DNA of 32,484 nucleotides from Burkholderiales bacterium (GTDB lineage Bacteria; Pseudomonadota; Gammaproteobacteria; Burkholderiales; SG8-39): NCBI GenBank assembly GCA_035489775.1, contig DATHJM010000430.1, positions 1 to 32,484 of the forward strand, read 5' to 3'. Shown piece by piece: positions 20,421 to 28,409 of this stretch (position 1 is its first letter; each line of letters starts with the position of its first letter). The notes under the pieces were generated by a model. It saw only the letters and a program-made list of their open reading frames with translations, ran no database searches and was not told where the DNA came from. The position numbers and the translations under genes were made by a program.

Positions 20421-21868
20421 TGGAACCTCGATCCGAAACCGCCATGCTGTGGGACGACCTCAAGCAGAACCTCCTCGCCGGCACGCGCCTCGCGCTTTTC
20501 CTGCCGGTGCGCGCGCTCGATTTCCGCATCTCGGTCGGACAGTACGTCGCGCTGGTGTTCGCGAGCCTGGCGTTCTGGCTCGCCGGCGGCATGTTGCGCT
20601 CGGGTTTTCCGGGCAGCGTCGATTTCGGCGCGCTCACCGTGGCGCTCGCGGAGATCCCGCTCGTGCTCGGCGCCTGTCTTCTTGCCGCGAGACTGTTTCG
20701 GGAGGCGCAGCTCGCCGTGGCGTTTGCGGTGTTGCTCGTCGCGACGGACCCCGTTTTCGAAGTCGCAGGAGTCGCGGTCCAGGCCGCGACGCGCCTGGAC
20801 GCGATCGAGCCCTATGCAGGAGCCGTGGACTGGGCCTTCATCGCCTGGGGCTTCGCCGTGCTGCCGCGCACCCTGTACGTTCTCACCGGCTGGCGGGGCC
20901 GTCCCTCGGTGCTCGCGTTCGGCCTGTTCGCTGGGCTGCTTGCGATCCTCGTCGCGGTTTTCCCGCGCGCCGAGCTTTGGATCGCGGCACAGGACGACCG
21001 GGTCGAAGCCGCGCGGCCGCGGTTGACGCAGGAAGAGGTGTTCCACCGGCAGGGATTCCTGCTCGATGAGAAGCTTGCCGCGCTCAGCCCCGAGCGGCGC
21101 GGCGTCGTGGACCTGTATTTCGTGGGCGTCGCAGGAGACGCCAAGCAGGATACGTTCTACGCGGAACTCGCTTCGGTCAAGGAGCTTCTCGACGAGCGTT
21201 TCGACACGGCCGGCAGATCGATCGCGCTCATCAACAATGCAGCGACCCTGAAAGACCATCCCATCGCCACCGCGAGCAACCTGCGCGCAACGCTTGCGCA
21301 CCTCGGGAACACGATCAATGCCGACGAGGACATCGTGCTTCTGCACATCGCGACCCACGGGAGCAGCGACTACAGGCTCGTGCTCGATCTCCCACCGCTC
21401 GAGCTCACGCAGCTCACACCCAGCGCCCTCGCGCGCATGCTCGCCGACAGCGGCATCAAGTGGAAGGTGATCGTGATCTCGGCGTGCTTCTCCGGGGGGT
21501 TCATCGAGCCGCTCAAGGACGACAATACCCTCGTCATCACCGCCGCCGACGCGTTTCACTCCTCCTTCGGTTGCGATTACGACAGCGATTACACCTGGTT
21601 CAGCCAGGCGTTCTACGACGAGGCGCTGCGCGACAGCTTTTCGTTCCTCGAGGCGTTCGAGGCGGCGAAAAAAGCGGTGGGCGAGCGGGAGCGGACGCAA
21701 GGCACTCCGGGCTCCAACCCGCAGATGTTCGCAGGCAATGCGATCCGCAAGAAGCTCGCTGCACTGGAGAAACGCCTCGCCGCGAGGGAGGTCGAGCCCC
21801 CTCAGAAGAGCCGCGCCAAAAGCGTCAGGGCGAGCGAAAGCACGATCGTGGTGGCGAAGGGAAGGTAG
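20420..21868 (+). CDS. Membrane-anchored peptidase C13 (legumain/caspase-like clan CD) family protein
   Basis: The N-terminal half has multiple hydrophobic helices. The C-terminal half has the His-Gly and Ala-Cys dyad motifs VLLHIATHGS and VIVISACFSGGF. The start ATG shares one nt with the cca stop (TGATG at 20418-20422). Confidence 0.75.
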   Translation: MEPRSETAMLWDDLKQNLLAGTRLALFLPVRALDFRISVGQYVALVFASLAFWLAGGMLRSGFPGSVDFGALTVALAEIPLVLGACLLAARLFREAQLAVAFAVLLVATDPVFEVAGVAVQAATRLDAIEPYAGAVDWAFIAWGFAVLPRTLYVLTGWRGRPSVLAFGLFAGLLAILVAVFPRAELWIAAQDDRVEAARPRLTQEEVFHRQGFLLDEKLAALSPERRGVVDLYFVGVAGDAKQDTFYAELASVKELLDERFDTAGRSIALINNAATLKDHPIATASNLRATLAHLGNTINADEDIVLLHIATHGSSDYRLVLDLPPLELTQLTPSALARMLADSGIKWKVIVISACFSGGFIEPLKDDNTLVITAADAFHSSFGCDYDSDYTWFSQAFYDEALRDSFSFLEAFEAAKKAVGERERTQGTPGSNPQMFAGNAIRKKLAALEKRLAAREVEPPQKSRAKSVRASESTIVVAKGR

Positions 21869-21996
21869 TAGAGCCGCCCTTTGTAGCGCACCGTGAGATC
21901 GCCCGGCAGCCGGCCGAGCCCGTATCTCGACAGCCACGGCGAAAGCGCCGTGAGCACTACGAGCGCGATCGCGACCGCCAGGAGCCATTTCAGCAT
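21802..21996 (-). CDS. DUF2905-like small membrane protein
   Basis: The protein is 64 aa with two hydrophobic helices flanking GRLPGDLTVRYKG..YYLPF, the pattern I associate with DUF2905. Confidence 0.65.
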   Translation of the reverse strand: MLKWLLAVAIALVVLTALSPWLSRYGLGRLPGDLTVRYKGRLYYLPFATTIVLSLALTLLARLF

Positions 21997-22057
21997 GGCT
22001 TTACTTTACCGGGCTTCGCGATAAACTGCGCGGCTCCCGGACTCGTCGAGGAAAACG

Positions 22058-22675
22058 ATGATCGAGCTCTACACCTGGAGCACGCCGAACGGCCGCAAGG
22101 TTTCGGTGATGCTGGAGGAATGCGGCCTCGCGTACAACCTCCACAAGATCAACATCGGAGCGGGCGAGCAGTTCGCTCCGGACTACGTTGCGATCAATCC
22201 CAACGGCAAGATCCCGGCTATCGTCGATCCCGAAGGCCCTGGCGGAAGGCCGATCGCCATGATGGAGTCGGGCGCCATCTTGATCTACCTTTCGGCGAAG
22301 ACCGGAAAATTCCTGCCGAAGACTGACCGGGGCAAGTACGTTGCGCTGCAATGGCTGATGTTCCAGATGGGCCACGTCGGGCCGATGTTCGGCCAGGTGC
22401 ACCATTTCCTGCGCTCGGCGAAAGAGCCCGTGCCCTACGCGATCGAGCGCTACACGAAGGAGAAAGACAGGCTTTACGGCGTGCTCGACAAGCGCTTGGG
22501 CGAAGCCGAATACCTCGCCGTGGAATACTCGATCGCCGACATCGCCACCTATCCCTGGGTCGCGCGCTACGAATGGCACAAGACCGATCTCAACACCTAT
22601 CCGAATGTGAAGCGCTGGTTCGATGCAATCAGCGCAAGACCGGCGGTGAAGCGCGGAATGGCGGTACCTTCCTGA
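22058..22675 (+). CDS. yfcG: Nu-class glutathione S-transferase, YfcG-like GSH-dependent disulfide reductase
   Basis: It is collinear with E. coli YfcG: MIELYTWSTPNGRKV.., INPNGKIPAIVD, ESGAILIYL, LQWLMFQMGHVGPMFGQVHHF, PYAIERY, YSIADIATYPW. Confidence 0.8.
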   Translation: MIELYTWSTPNGRKVSVMLEECGLAYNLHKINIGAGEQFAPDYVAINPNGKIPAIVDPEGPGGRPIAMMESGAILIYLSAKTGKFLPKTDRGKYVALQWLMFQMGHVGPMFGQVHHFLRSAKEPVPYAIERYTKEKDRLYGVLDKRLGEAEYLAVEYSIADIATYPWVARYEWHKTDLNTYPNVKRWFDAISARPAVKRGMAVPS

Positions 22676-22681
22676 TCTTTT

Positions 22682-22700
22682 CCCCTTCCTCCGGGAGGGG
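22682..22700. terminator. Hairpin in the 25-bp convergent spacer (yfcG-like / cytochrome c)
   Basis: CCCCTTCC-tcc-GGGAGGGG gives 8 bp including one G-U pair. It is preceded by TCTTTT on the plus strand and ends immediately before the cytochrome gene stop codon. Confidence 0.45.
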
Positions 22701-23363
22701 CTAGGGTGAGGGCCTCGCGTACTTGACGAGAAAGGCGTTGATTTCCTCGACATTGAGCTGAATTTCACGCGGATCGGGCTGGTTGCTGACCACGCGGTTC
22801 ATCCACTCCATGTTCTTCTCCATGCGCGCCACCACCGCCGGCCACTCCGCCGCGGTGTGACGCCTGGGGTCGGGCAGCACGTGGCACTGCTGGCAGGCGA
22901 GCTTGAATGACTGGCCTTCCGGCAGATTGACCGCGGGATATTTCTTCGGGTCGAGCGGTCGCTGTCCCTGCTTCTGCAGATAGGCGAGGAGGACGGTTGC
23001 CTCGTCCACGCTCGGCGCTTCCACGCCCGCCATCATTTCCTGCATCAGCTCGCCCAGGTTGCCCTTGCCCCGCATGCGCACCACCATGCGCTCGAATATC
23101 GCCGGCCATTTCTCCGCTTGATGCATGGCCGGGCTGGGCAGGTTGTGGCACTGCACGCAGTACTGGACGAGGAGGCGCGCTCCGCGGGAGCGGCGCTCCG
23201 GGAGCTGCCGCAGCTCGAACGCGGGAGGAAGAATGCGTTCCAGCATCGGGCCGTGCGGGCTCTCGGCCCAGCGCTTTTTCGCCTGCTCGACGAGCTGCGC
23301 GTCCTGCGCGGCGGCCGTCGCCACGAACAGGGCGGCGACGGGAAACGCGGCAGCGTAGTGCAT
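22701..23363 (-). CDS. Periplasmic dihaem c-type cytochrome (two tandem homologous modules)
   Basis: There are two CxxCH motifs, CVQCH and CQQCH. From the ATG at 23363 the signal peptide is MHYAAAFPVAALFVATAAA|QDA. The ORF-track start at 23432 would overlap the divergent gene. Confidence 0.75.
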   Translation of the reverse strand: MHYAAAFPVAALFVATAAAQDAQLVEQAKKRWAESPHGPMLERILPPAFELRQLPERRSRGARLLVQYCVQCHNLPSPAMHQAEKWPAIFERMVVRMRGKGNLGELMQEMMAGVEAPSVDEATVLLAYLQKQGQRPLDPKKYPAVNLPEGQSFKLACQQCHVLPDPRRHTAAEWPAVVARMEKNMEWMNRVVSNQPDPREIQLNVEEINAFLVKYARPSP

Positions 23364-23433
23364 CGCCGAATTATACTTGGCCGAATCGCCGGGTCCGGGC
23401 AACGCGGACCTCTCCATTTTCCGAGGAGGCAAG

Positions 23434-24825
23434 ATGAAAAACTCCGCCTACGAGGCCATCATCGTCGGCACGGGCCAGTCGGGCAAGCCGCTTGCCATCG
23501 CGCTCGGGCGCGCGGGCTGGAAGGTCGCCGTGATAGAGCGCGAGCACGTCGGCGGGACGTGCATCAACGTCGGCTGCACGCCGACCAAGGCCATGGTGGC
23601 CAGCGCCCGCGTCGCTTATCTCGCCCGGCGCTCGAAATACTTTGGCGTCGACGCCGCTCCGGTCGCAGTAAGAATGCGCCGCGTGCTCGAACGCAAGCGC
23701 GGCATCGTCGAGAGCTTTCGCGACAGCGGGCAGAAGACGCTCGAGAAAACCGCCGGCCTCGAACTGATTTTTGGTGAAGCTCGCCTCAAGGACGCAAGGC
23801 ACGTCGCGGTGAAACTGAGAAGTGGCGGCACGAGGGAGCTCGAGGGCAAGCGCATCGTCATCAACACCGGCTGCCGGCCCGCGGTGCCGACGATCCCCGG
23901 GCTGGACAGGGTGCCCTTCCTCGATTCCTCGAGCATCATGGAGCTGGCCGAGCTGCCCAGGCACCTGATCGTGCTCGGCGGAGGCTATATCGGCCTGGAG
24001 TTCTGCCAGATGTTCCGGCGCTTCGGTGCCCGGGTGACCATCGTAAACCGCGATCCGAGGCTGATTGTGCGCGAAGACCCCGACGTCTCGGCCGAGGTCG
24101 GGAAAATCCTCGAGGAAGACGGTGTCGAGATTCTCAACTCGACGCAGGTGACGCTCGTCGAAAAGGCCGGAGCGGGCGTGCGCGTGGTGCTCGGGACCGG
24201 CAAGGGATCGAAGAAGGTCTCGGGCAGCCACCTGCTCCTTGCCCTGGGCCGCGTGCCGAACTCCGAGCGCCTCGACCTCGGCGCCGCCGGAGTCGCGACC
24301 GACAATTCGGGCTTCATCGAGGTGAATCCGAAGCTCGAGACCAGCGTCCCTGGCATCTATGCGATCGGGGACGTGAAAGGCGGCCCGGCCTTCACGCACA
24401 TCTCCTACGACGATTTCCGCATCCTTCGTGAAAACTGGCTGAACGGCGGCAACGCGACCATCGAAGGGCGGCCGGTGCCCAATTGCGTGTTCATCGATCC
24501 CGAGCTCGCGACGGTAGGGCTGAACGAGACCGAGGCGAAAAAGCGCGGGCTCGACTACCGCGTGGCGAAGCTGCCGATGGCGAGCGTCGCGAGGGCGATC
24601 GAAACGAGCGAGACGCGCGGTTTCATGAAGGCGATCGTGGATGCAAGGACGCAGCAGATTCTCGGCTGCACCATTCTCGGCGTGGAAGGCGGGGAGATCA
24701 TGTCGATGCTGCAGATCGCGATGATGGGCAGGATTCCCTACACCGCGATCAAGGAAGGGATTTTCGCGCACCCGACGCTAGCCGAGTCGCTCAACAACCT
24801 CTTCATGACGCTCGATCCGCGATGA
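23434..24825 (+). CDS. Class I pyridine nucleotide-disulfide oxidoreductase, RclA/YkgC-like (not MerA)
   Basis: GAGGAGG lies 4 nt upstream of the ATG at 23434. The FAD fold is IIVGTGQSGK and the redox CxxxxC is GGTCINVGCTPTK. FTHISYDDFRIL and IFAHPTLAESLNNLF parallel E. coli RclA FTYISLDDYRIV and IFTHPSMSESLNDLF. There is no C-terminal Cys pair and no NmerA domain. Confidence 0.8.
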   Translation: MKNSAYEAIIVGTGQSGKPLAIALGRAGWKVAVIEREHVGGTCINVGCTPTKAMVASARVAYLARRSKYFGVDAAPVAVRMRRVLERKRGIVESFRDSGQKTLEKTAGLELIFGEARLKDARHVAVKLRSGGTRELEGKRIVINTGCRPAVPTIPGLDRVPFLDSSSIMELAELPRHLIVLGGGYIGLEFCQMFRRFGARVTIVNRDPRLIVREDPDVSAEVGKILEEDGVEILNSTQVTLVEKAGAGVRVVLGTGKGSKKVSGSHLLLALGRVPNSERLDLGAAGVATDNSGFIEVNPKLETSVPGIYAIGDVKGGPAFTHISYDDFRILRENWLNGGNATIEGRPVPNCVFIDPELATVGLNETEAKKRGLDYRVAKLPMASVARAIETSETRGFMKAIVDARTQQILGCTILGVEGGEIMSMLQIAMMGRIPYTAIKEGIFAHPTLAESLNNLFMTLDPR

Positions 24826-24835
24826 AGCGGCGCGC

Positions 24836-25060
24836 CTATTTCTTCGCAGGTCCGGCCGTTTCCCGCTCCAGCATCGGCTTTATCTCGCGGTCTTTCTTCT
24901 CGGCGGCTTTTTTCACGTCGCCCTTCTTCATGCTCTTCTTTTTCATCTCCCCGTGCATGGGCTCGTCCATCTTCATGGGCTTGCCAGGCGCATCCGCGGC
25001 CCAGGCGCCGGTGCCGGCGGCAAGGATCGCCGCTATCGCGATGGCTTCGAGCGGTTTCAT
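24836..25060 (-). CDS. Secreted Met/Lys-rich peptide with 5-residue periodicity (resembles pentapeptide MXKDX-repeat proteins)
   Basis: The signal peptide is MKPLEAIAIAAILAAGTGAWA|ADAP. The mature 53 aa contains 6 Met and 14 Lys, phased as PMKMD/EPMHG/EMKKK/SMKKG/DVKKA/AEKKD. The start overlaps the upstream stop (TGATG). Confidence 0.7.
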   Translation of the reverse strand: MKPLEAIAIAAILAAGTGAWAADAPGKPMKMDEPMHGEMKKKSMKKGDVKKAAEKKDREIKPMLERETAGPAKK

Positions 25061-25818
25061 CAGCTGCCACTGAACCAGTTGTAGCCCTGGTCCTCCCAGT
25101 AGCCGCCCGGATACTCATTGGTGACGTACATGGACATGATGTGCTTCGGGTTCTTGAATCCGAGCTTGGTCGGAATGCGCAGCTTCATCGGGAAGCCGTA
25201 CTTGGGCGGCAGGATCTCGTCGGCGTAACGGAAGGTGAGCAGGGTCTGCGGGTGCAACGCGGTGGCCATGTCGACGCTCGAGTAGTAGTCGTCGGCGCAC
25301 TTGAAGCCGATGTACTTCGCCGATGTATCGGCGCCGATACGCGCGAGGAAATCGCTGAAACGCACGCCGCTCCACTTGCCGATCGCGCTCCAGCCCTCGA
25401 CGCAGATGTGGCGCGTGATCTGCGAGGTCTGCGGCAGGGAGTAGAGCTCGGGCAGCGTCCAGGGTTTCTTGTCGCGGATGAGGCCGGCGAGCTCGAGCTT
25501 GTAGCTCGCCCCGTCCACGTACTCGACCTCGTCCACGCTGTAGAAGGCGTTGAAGGGGAAGGGCTTGGTGATCGCGCTCTCCGGGAATTCCGGCGCGAGC
25601 TTGTTCGGATTGAAGAGCCAGGCCTGGGTTCGGTCGTTCCAGCGCGACATCCCGTTGAGCACCTTCTGCACGCTCTCGTCGTCGGTGAGATCGCAGCCCG
25701 AGAGCAAGGCGAGCGCCCCCAGCGACAATCCCTGCCTCAGGAAGAGGCGCCGCTCGATCGAGCGGATGAGCGTGGGCGCATGGTCCGCCAGGCTTGTTTC
25801 CATGGTCCGTCCTTTCAT
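25060..25818 (-). CDS. Tat-exported lipoprotein, molybdopterin-dependent oxidoreductase (sulfite-oxidase fold, short MsrP/YedY-like)
   Basis: The twin-arginine motif is IERRLFLRQG and the lipobox is LLSGC. The Mo-ligand motif is HICVEGWS, and GFPMKLRIPTKLGFKNPKHI parallels MsrP CVEAWS / [20 protein letters not shown]. The start overlaps the cytochrome b stop (ATGA). Confidence 0.8.
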   Translation of the reverse strand: MKGRTMETSLADHAPTLIRSIERRLFLRQGLSLGALALLSGCDLTDDESVQKVLNGMSRWNDRTQAWLFNPNKLAPEFPESAITKPFPFNAFYSVDEVEYVDGASYKLELAGLIRDKKPWTLPELYSLPQTSQITRHICVEGWSAIGKWSGVRFSDFLARIGADTSAKYIGFKCADDYYSSVDMATALHPQTLLTFRYADEILPPKYGFPMKLRIPTKLGFKNPKHIMSMYVTNEYPGGYWEDQGYNWFSGS

Positions 25819-26435
25819 GACGCCCTCCTTGAGCGGCCGGTGAACATCGTCGGCAAAGTGCGCGGCACGAGGATCACCATGAGTACATGGACCAATACTA
25901 TGAGCACGAGCAGCGCCATCGCGAGAAAGTGCACCACGCGCGCGCCTTCATAGCCGCCGAAAATCGCGGTGATCTCCTGCAGCTGAACCGGTTTCCAGAT
26001 CGCGAGGCCCGAGAAGACCAGCACGACGCCGCACAGGATGATCGCGAGATAGGCGGCGCGCTGCGCGGCGTTGTACACGGAGAGGTCCTCGTGCGCCAGT
26101 TTTCCGCGCAGCGCCTCAAACACGTCGCGAAATACCGCGCGTGGTGTCAGTGGAAAGAGCTTCCCGCGGAAATGTCCTGAAAAAATCCCGTAAACGACGT
26201 AGACCAGCCCGTTCAGGACGAGCAGCCACATCGCCGCGAAGTGCCACTGCAGCGCGCCGGCGAGCCAGCCCCCGAGCGTGAGCTCGTTCGGGATCCTGAA
26301 CGGGAACAGGGGCGAGGCGTTGTAGATGCGCCAGCCGCTGGTCACCATGACGAGGATCGCAAGCACGTTGATCCAGTGCGTGATGCGCACGACGAGCGGG
26401 TGGATCCTGACCCATTGCGTTTGCGCGGATTCCAT
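25815..26435 (-). CDS. Membrane b-type cytochrome (cytochrome b561 / Ni-Fe-hydrogenase-type cytochrome b family)
   Basis: There are four hydrophobic helices carrying conserved-position His residues (RITHWINVL, LQWHFAAMW, VVHFLAMALLVLIVLVHVLM). GGAGGA lies 9 nt upstream of the ATG. Confidence 0.78.
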   Translation of the reverse strand: MESAQTQWVRIHPLVVRITHWINVLAILVMVTSGWRIYNASPLFPFRIPNELTLGGWLAGALQWHFAAMWLLVLNGLVYVVYGIFSGHFRGKLFPLTPRAVFRDVFEALRGKLAHEDLSVYNAAQRAAYLAIILCGVVLVFSGLAIWKPVQLQEITAIFGGYEGARVVHFLAMALLVLIVLVHVLMVILVPRTLPTMFTGRSRRAS

Positions 26436-26474
26436 CGGCGTGGTCCTCCGGGGTCGAGGGGATTAGGTTACACC

Positions 26475-27620
26475 TTACAGCGATTCTCGCCGGTCGCCTT
26501 CGCTGAAGCCCGCGAGCGGCTTCGGGAACCCGCGCGCGAGCGCGATCACCTTGAAGAGCTCCCCCATCTCCGCCGGGCTCATCAGGCGGTTAGCCTGGTT
26601 GGCGAGAGGAAGGAACTTCGCGCCGTCCTCCGCCGGCGTGCGCGACATCACTTCGGTAATGCCGCAATTGACGAGGAACTGCGCCTGACCGGTATAGCCG
26701 GCGACATCCAGCCCGCCCTCGCGCGCAGCCCCGGCAATGGCGCTGAAATCGACGTGGCTGGTGATGTCCTGCAGTCCCGGGAGGAAGAAAGGATCGGCGT
26801 GGGCGTGGTGGCGGTAATGGCACATGAGCGTCCCGTCCTTGCGCTGCGGATGGTAATACTCCTTTTGCGGAAAGCCGTAATCGACGAAAAACGCCACGCC
26901 CTTTTCCAGCACGCCTGCAAGCGAGCGGATGAAACCCCGTGCGGCGAGCTGGATCTCGGTGCGAAAGCCCTCGGGCAGCTTGAGCGCGCGCGCGGCAGCC
27001 AGCGGCCCGCCGGAAGCCAGCCGCCAGGACCAGTCGAGGCGATCGTTTCGCACGCCGACGCCCCCTTCCTCCACTTTCCCGCTCTGAACGCGCACCACGT
27101 GGGAGGGCATCGCATCGAGCACTTCATTGCCGAGCACGACGCCGGAAAACACCGGGGGCAGGCGGTTGAGCCAGGCCACGCGCTCGAGCAGGTGCGGCAC
27201 TCTCGCAGCGAGGGTGTCCCGGCTACGCTCGCGCAGATCCGCCGAAAGCTCGAGGATGAGATAGTTGCGCGGCGCTTTTCCCGAGCGCTCCAGCTCCTCG
27301 AGCAGCGTCGCGGCGAGCGCGCCGCTCCCGGCGCCAACTTCGAGCACCTCGTCGAACCCCGCCTCCAGCACTTGCTTCACCTGGTGCGCGAGCGTCTGAC
27401 CGTAGAGCGGCGAGATCTCCGGCGCCGTCACGAAATCCCCGGCTTTGCCGAGCTTTCTCGCGCCTGCGCTGTAGTAGCCGAGTCCCGGCGCGTAGAGCGC
27501 GAGCTCCATGTAGCGCGCGAAGCTGATCCAGCCGCCGCTTGCCGTGATTTCGCCGCGAATGTGCTCGGCGACGCGATTGCTGTGCTCGCGCGCGTCCGGC
27601 GTAGGCTCGGGGAGTGCCAT
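26475..27620 (-). CDS. SAM-dependent methyltransferase, MidA/NDUFAF7-like (DUF185)
   Basis: Diagnostic features are [31 protein letters not shown] and the SAM motif [10 protein letters not shown]. The length is 381 aa. Confidence 0.78.
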   Translation of the reverse strand: MALPEPTPDAREHSNRVAEHIRGEITASGGWISFARYMELALYAPGLGYYSAGARKLGKAGDFVTAPEISPLYGQTLAHQVKQVLEAGFDEVLEVGAGSGALAATLLEELERSGKAPRNYLILELSADLRERSRDTLAARVPHLLERVAWLNRLPPVFSGVVLGNEVLDAMPSHVVRVQSGKVEEGGVGVRNDRLDWSWRLASGGPLAAARALKLPEGFRTEIQLAARGFIRSLAGVLEKGVAFFVDYGFPQKEYYHPQRKDGTLMCHYRHHAHADPFFLPGLQDITSHVDFSAIAGAAREGGLDVAGYTGQAQFLVNCGITEVMSRTPAEDGAKFLPLANQANRLMSPAEMGELFKVIALARGFPKPLAGFSEGDRRESL

Positions 27621-27659
27621 ATCGGGAATGGAAAGAGTATTCCGGTATCATTCTAGGCC

Positions 27660-28409
27660 ATGAGCGAACCGCTTTCAGGGAAAGTTGTGCTCGTCACCGG
27701 CGGTGCGAAACGCGTCGGCGCGGCGATCGCTCGCCGCCTGCACCGCGAGGGCGCGAAACTGATGCTGCACTACCGGGGATCGGAGCGCGAGGCGAGAGCG
27801 CTGCGCGCCGAATTGAACGTCGCGCGCGCCGATTCCGTTGCGCTGGTGCAGGCGGACTTGCTCGATATCGCGGGTTTGTCCGAAATCGTGAGGAACACGA
27901 TCGGTCGCTTCGAGAGGCTCGACGTGCTCATCAACAACGCTTCGACCTTCTTTCCGACACCGGTCGGCGAGATGACTCAGGCGACCTGGGACAGCCTCAT
28001 GGGGGCGAATCTCCGCGCGCCGCTTTTTCTTTCGCAAGCCGCTGCGCCGCACCTGAAGAAGACCGGCGGGGCGATCGTCAATATCACCGACATCCACGCC
28101 GACCGGCCGCTCAAGAATTACGTGATCTACTCGATCGCCAAAGCGGGCCTGGCGGGCCTCACGCGCTCGCTTGCGCGCGAGCTCGCGCCCGATGTGCGCG
28201 TGAACGGCGTGGCGCCCGGCGCCATCCTCTGGCCCGAGGACGGATCGTGGGACGACCTGACGCGCCAGCGCATCGTCTCGCACACCCTGCTGAGGCGTAC
28301 CGGCGACCCCGACGATGTCGCCCGCGCTGTTTACTATTTGATTGCGGAGGCGCCTTATGTCACGGGGCAGGTGATTGCAGTGGATGGAGGGAGAAGTATC
28401 AATTTATGA
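27660..28409 (+). CDS. Pteridine reductase-like short-chain dehydrogenase
   Basis: The SDR motifs are [15 protein letters not shown] and YSIAKAG. Overall it resembles the PTR1/FolM-like proteins of betaproteobacteria. Confidence 0.7.
   Translation: MSEPLSGKVVLVTGGAKRVGAAIARRLHREGAKLMLHYRGSEREARALRAELNVARADSVALVQADLLDIAGLSEIVRNTIGRFERLDVLINNASTFFPTPVGEMTQATWDSLMGANLRAPLFLSQAAAPHLKKTGGAIVNITDIHADRPLKNYVIYSIAKAGLAGLTRSLARELAPDVRVNGVAPGAILWPEDGSWDDLTRQRIVSHTLLRRTGDPDDVARAVYYLIAEAPYVTGQVIAVDGGRSINL

Noticed and set aside
20276-21988. 570-aa minus-strand ORF. The same pattern appears for 5113..6405+, 10498..11700-, 11806..12744-, 23371..24771-, 26241..27656+ and 30498..32015-
   Set aside because: All are antisense or shadow frames of genes with recognisable motifs. 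None has a recognisable domain or a plausible SD.
17639-27620. Presence of both an NDUFA9-like SDR (17639-18589) and a NDUFAF7/MidA-like methyltransferase (26475-27620), considered as a possible complex-I assembly module
   Set aside because: They are about 8 kb apart, on opposite strands and in different operons. Both families are common singly in proteobacteria, so nothing in the sequence links them.
27614-28405. N-terminal 264 codons of the 547-aa ORF 27614..29257, which would make a giant TtcA fusion
   Set aside because: This part overlaps the pteridine reductase gene in another frame and is Arg-rich nonsense. TtcA homology begins at the ATG at 28406 (ATGA overlap with the upstream stop).
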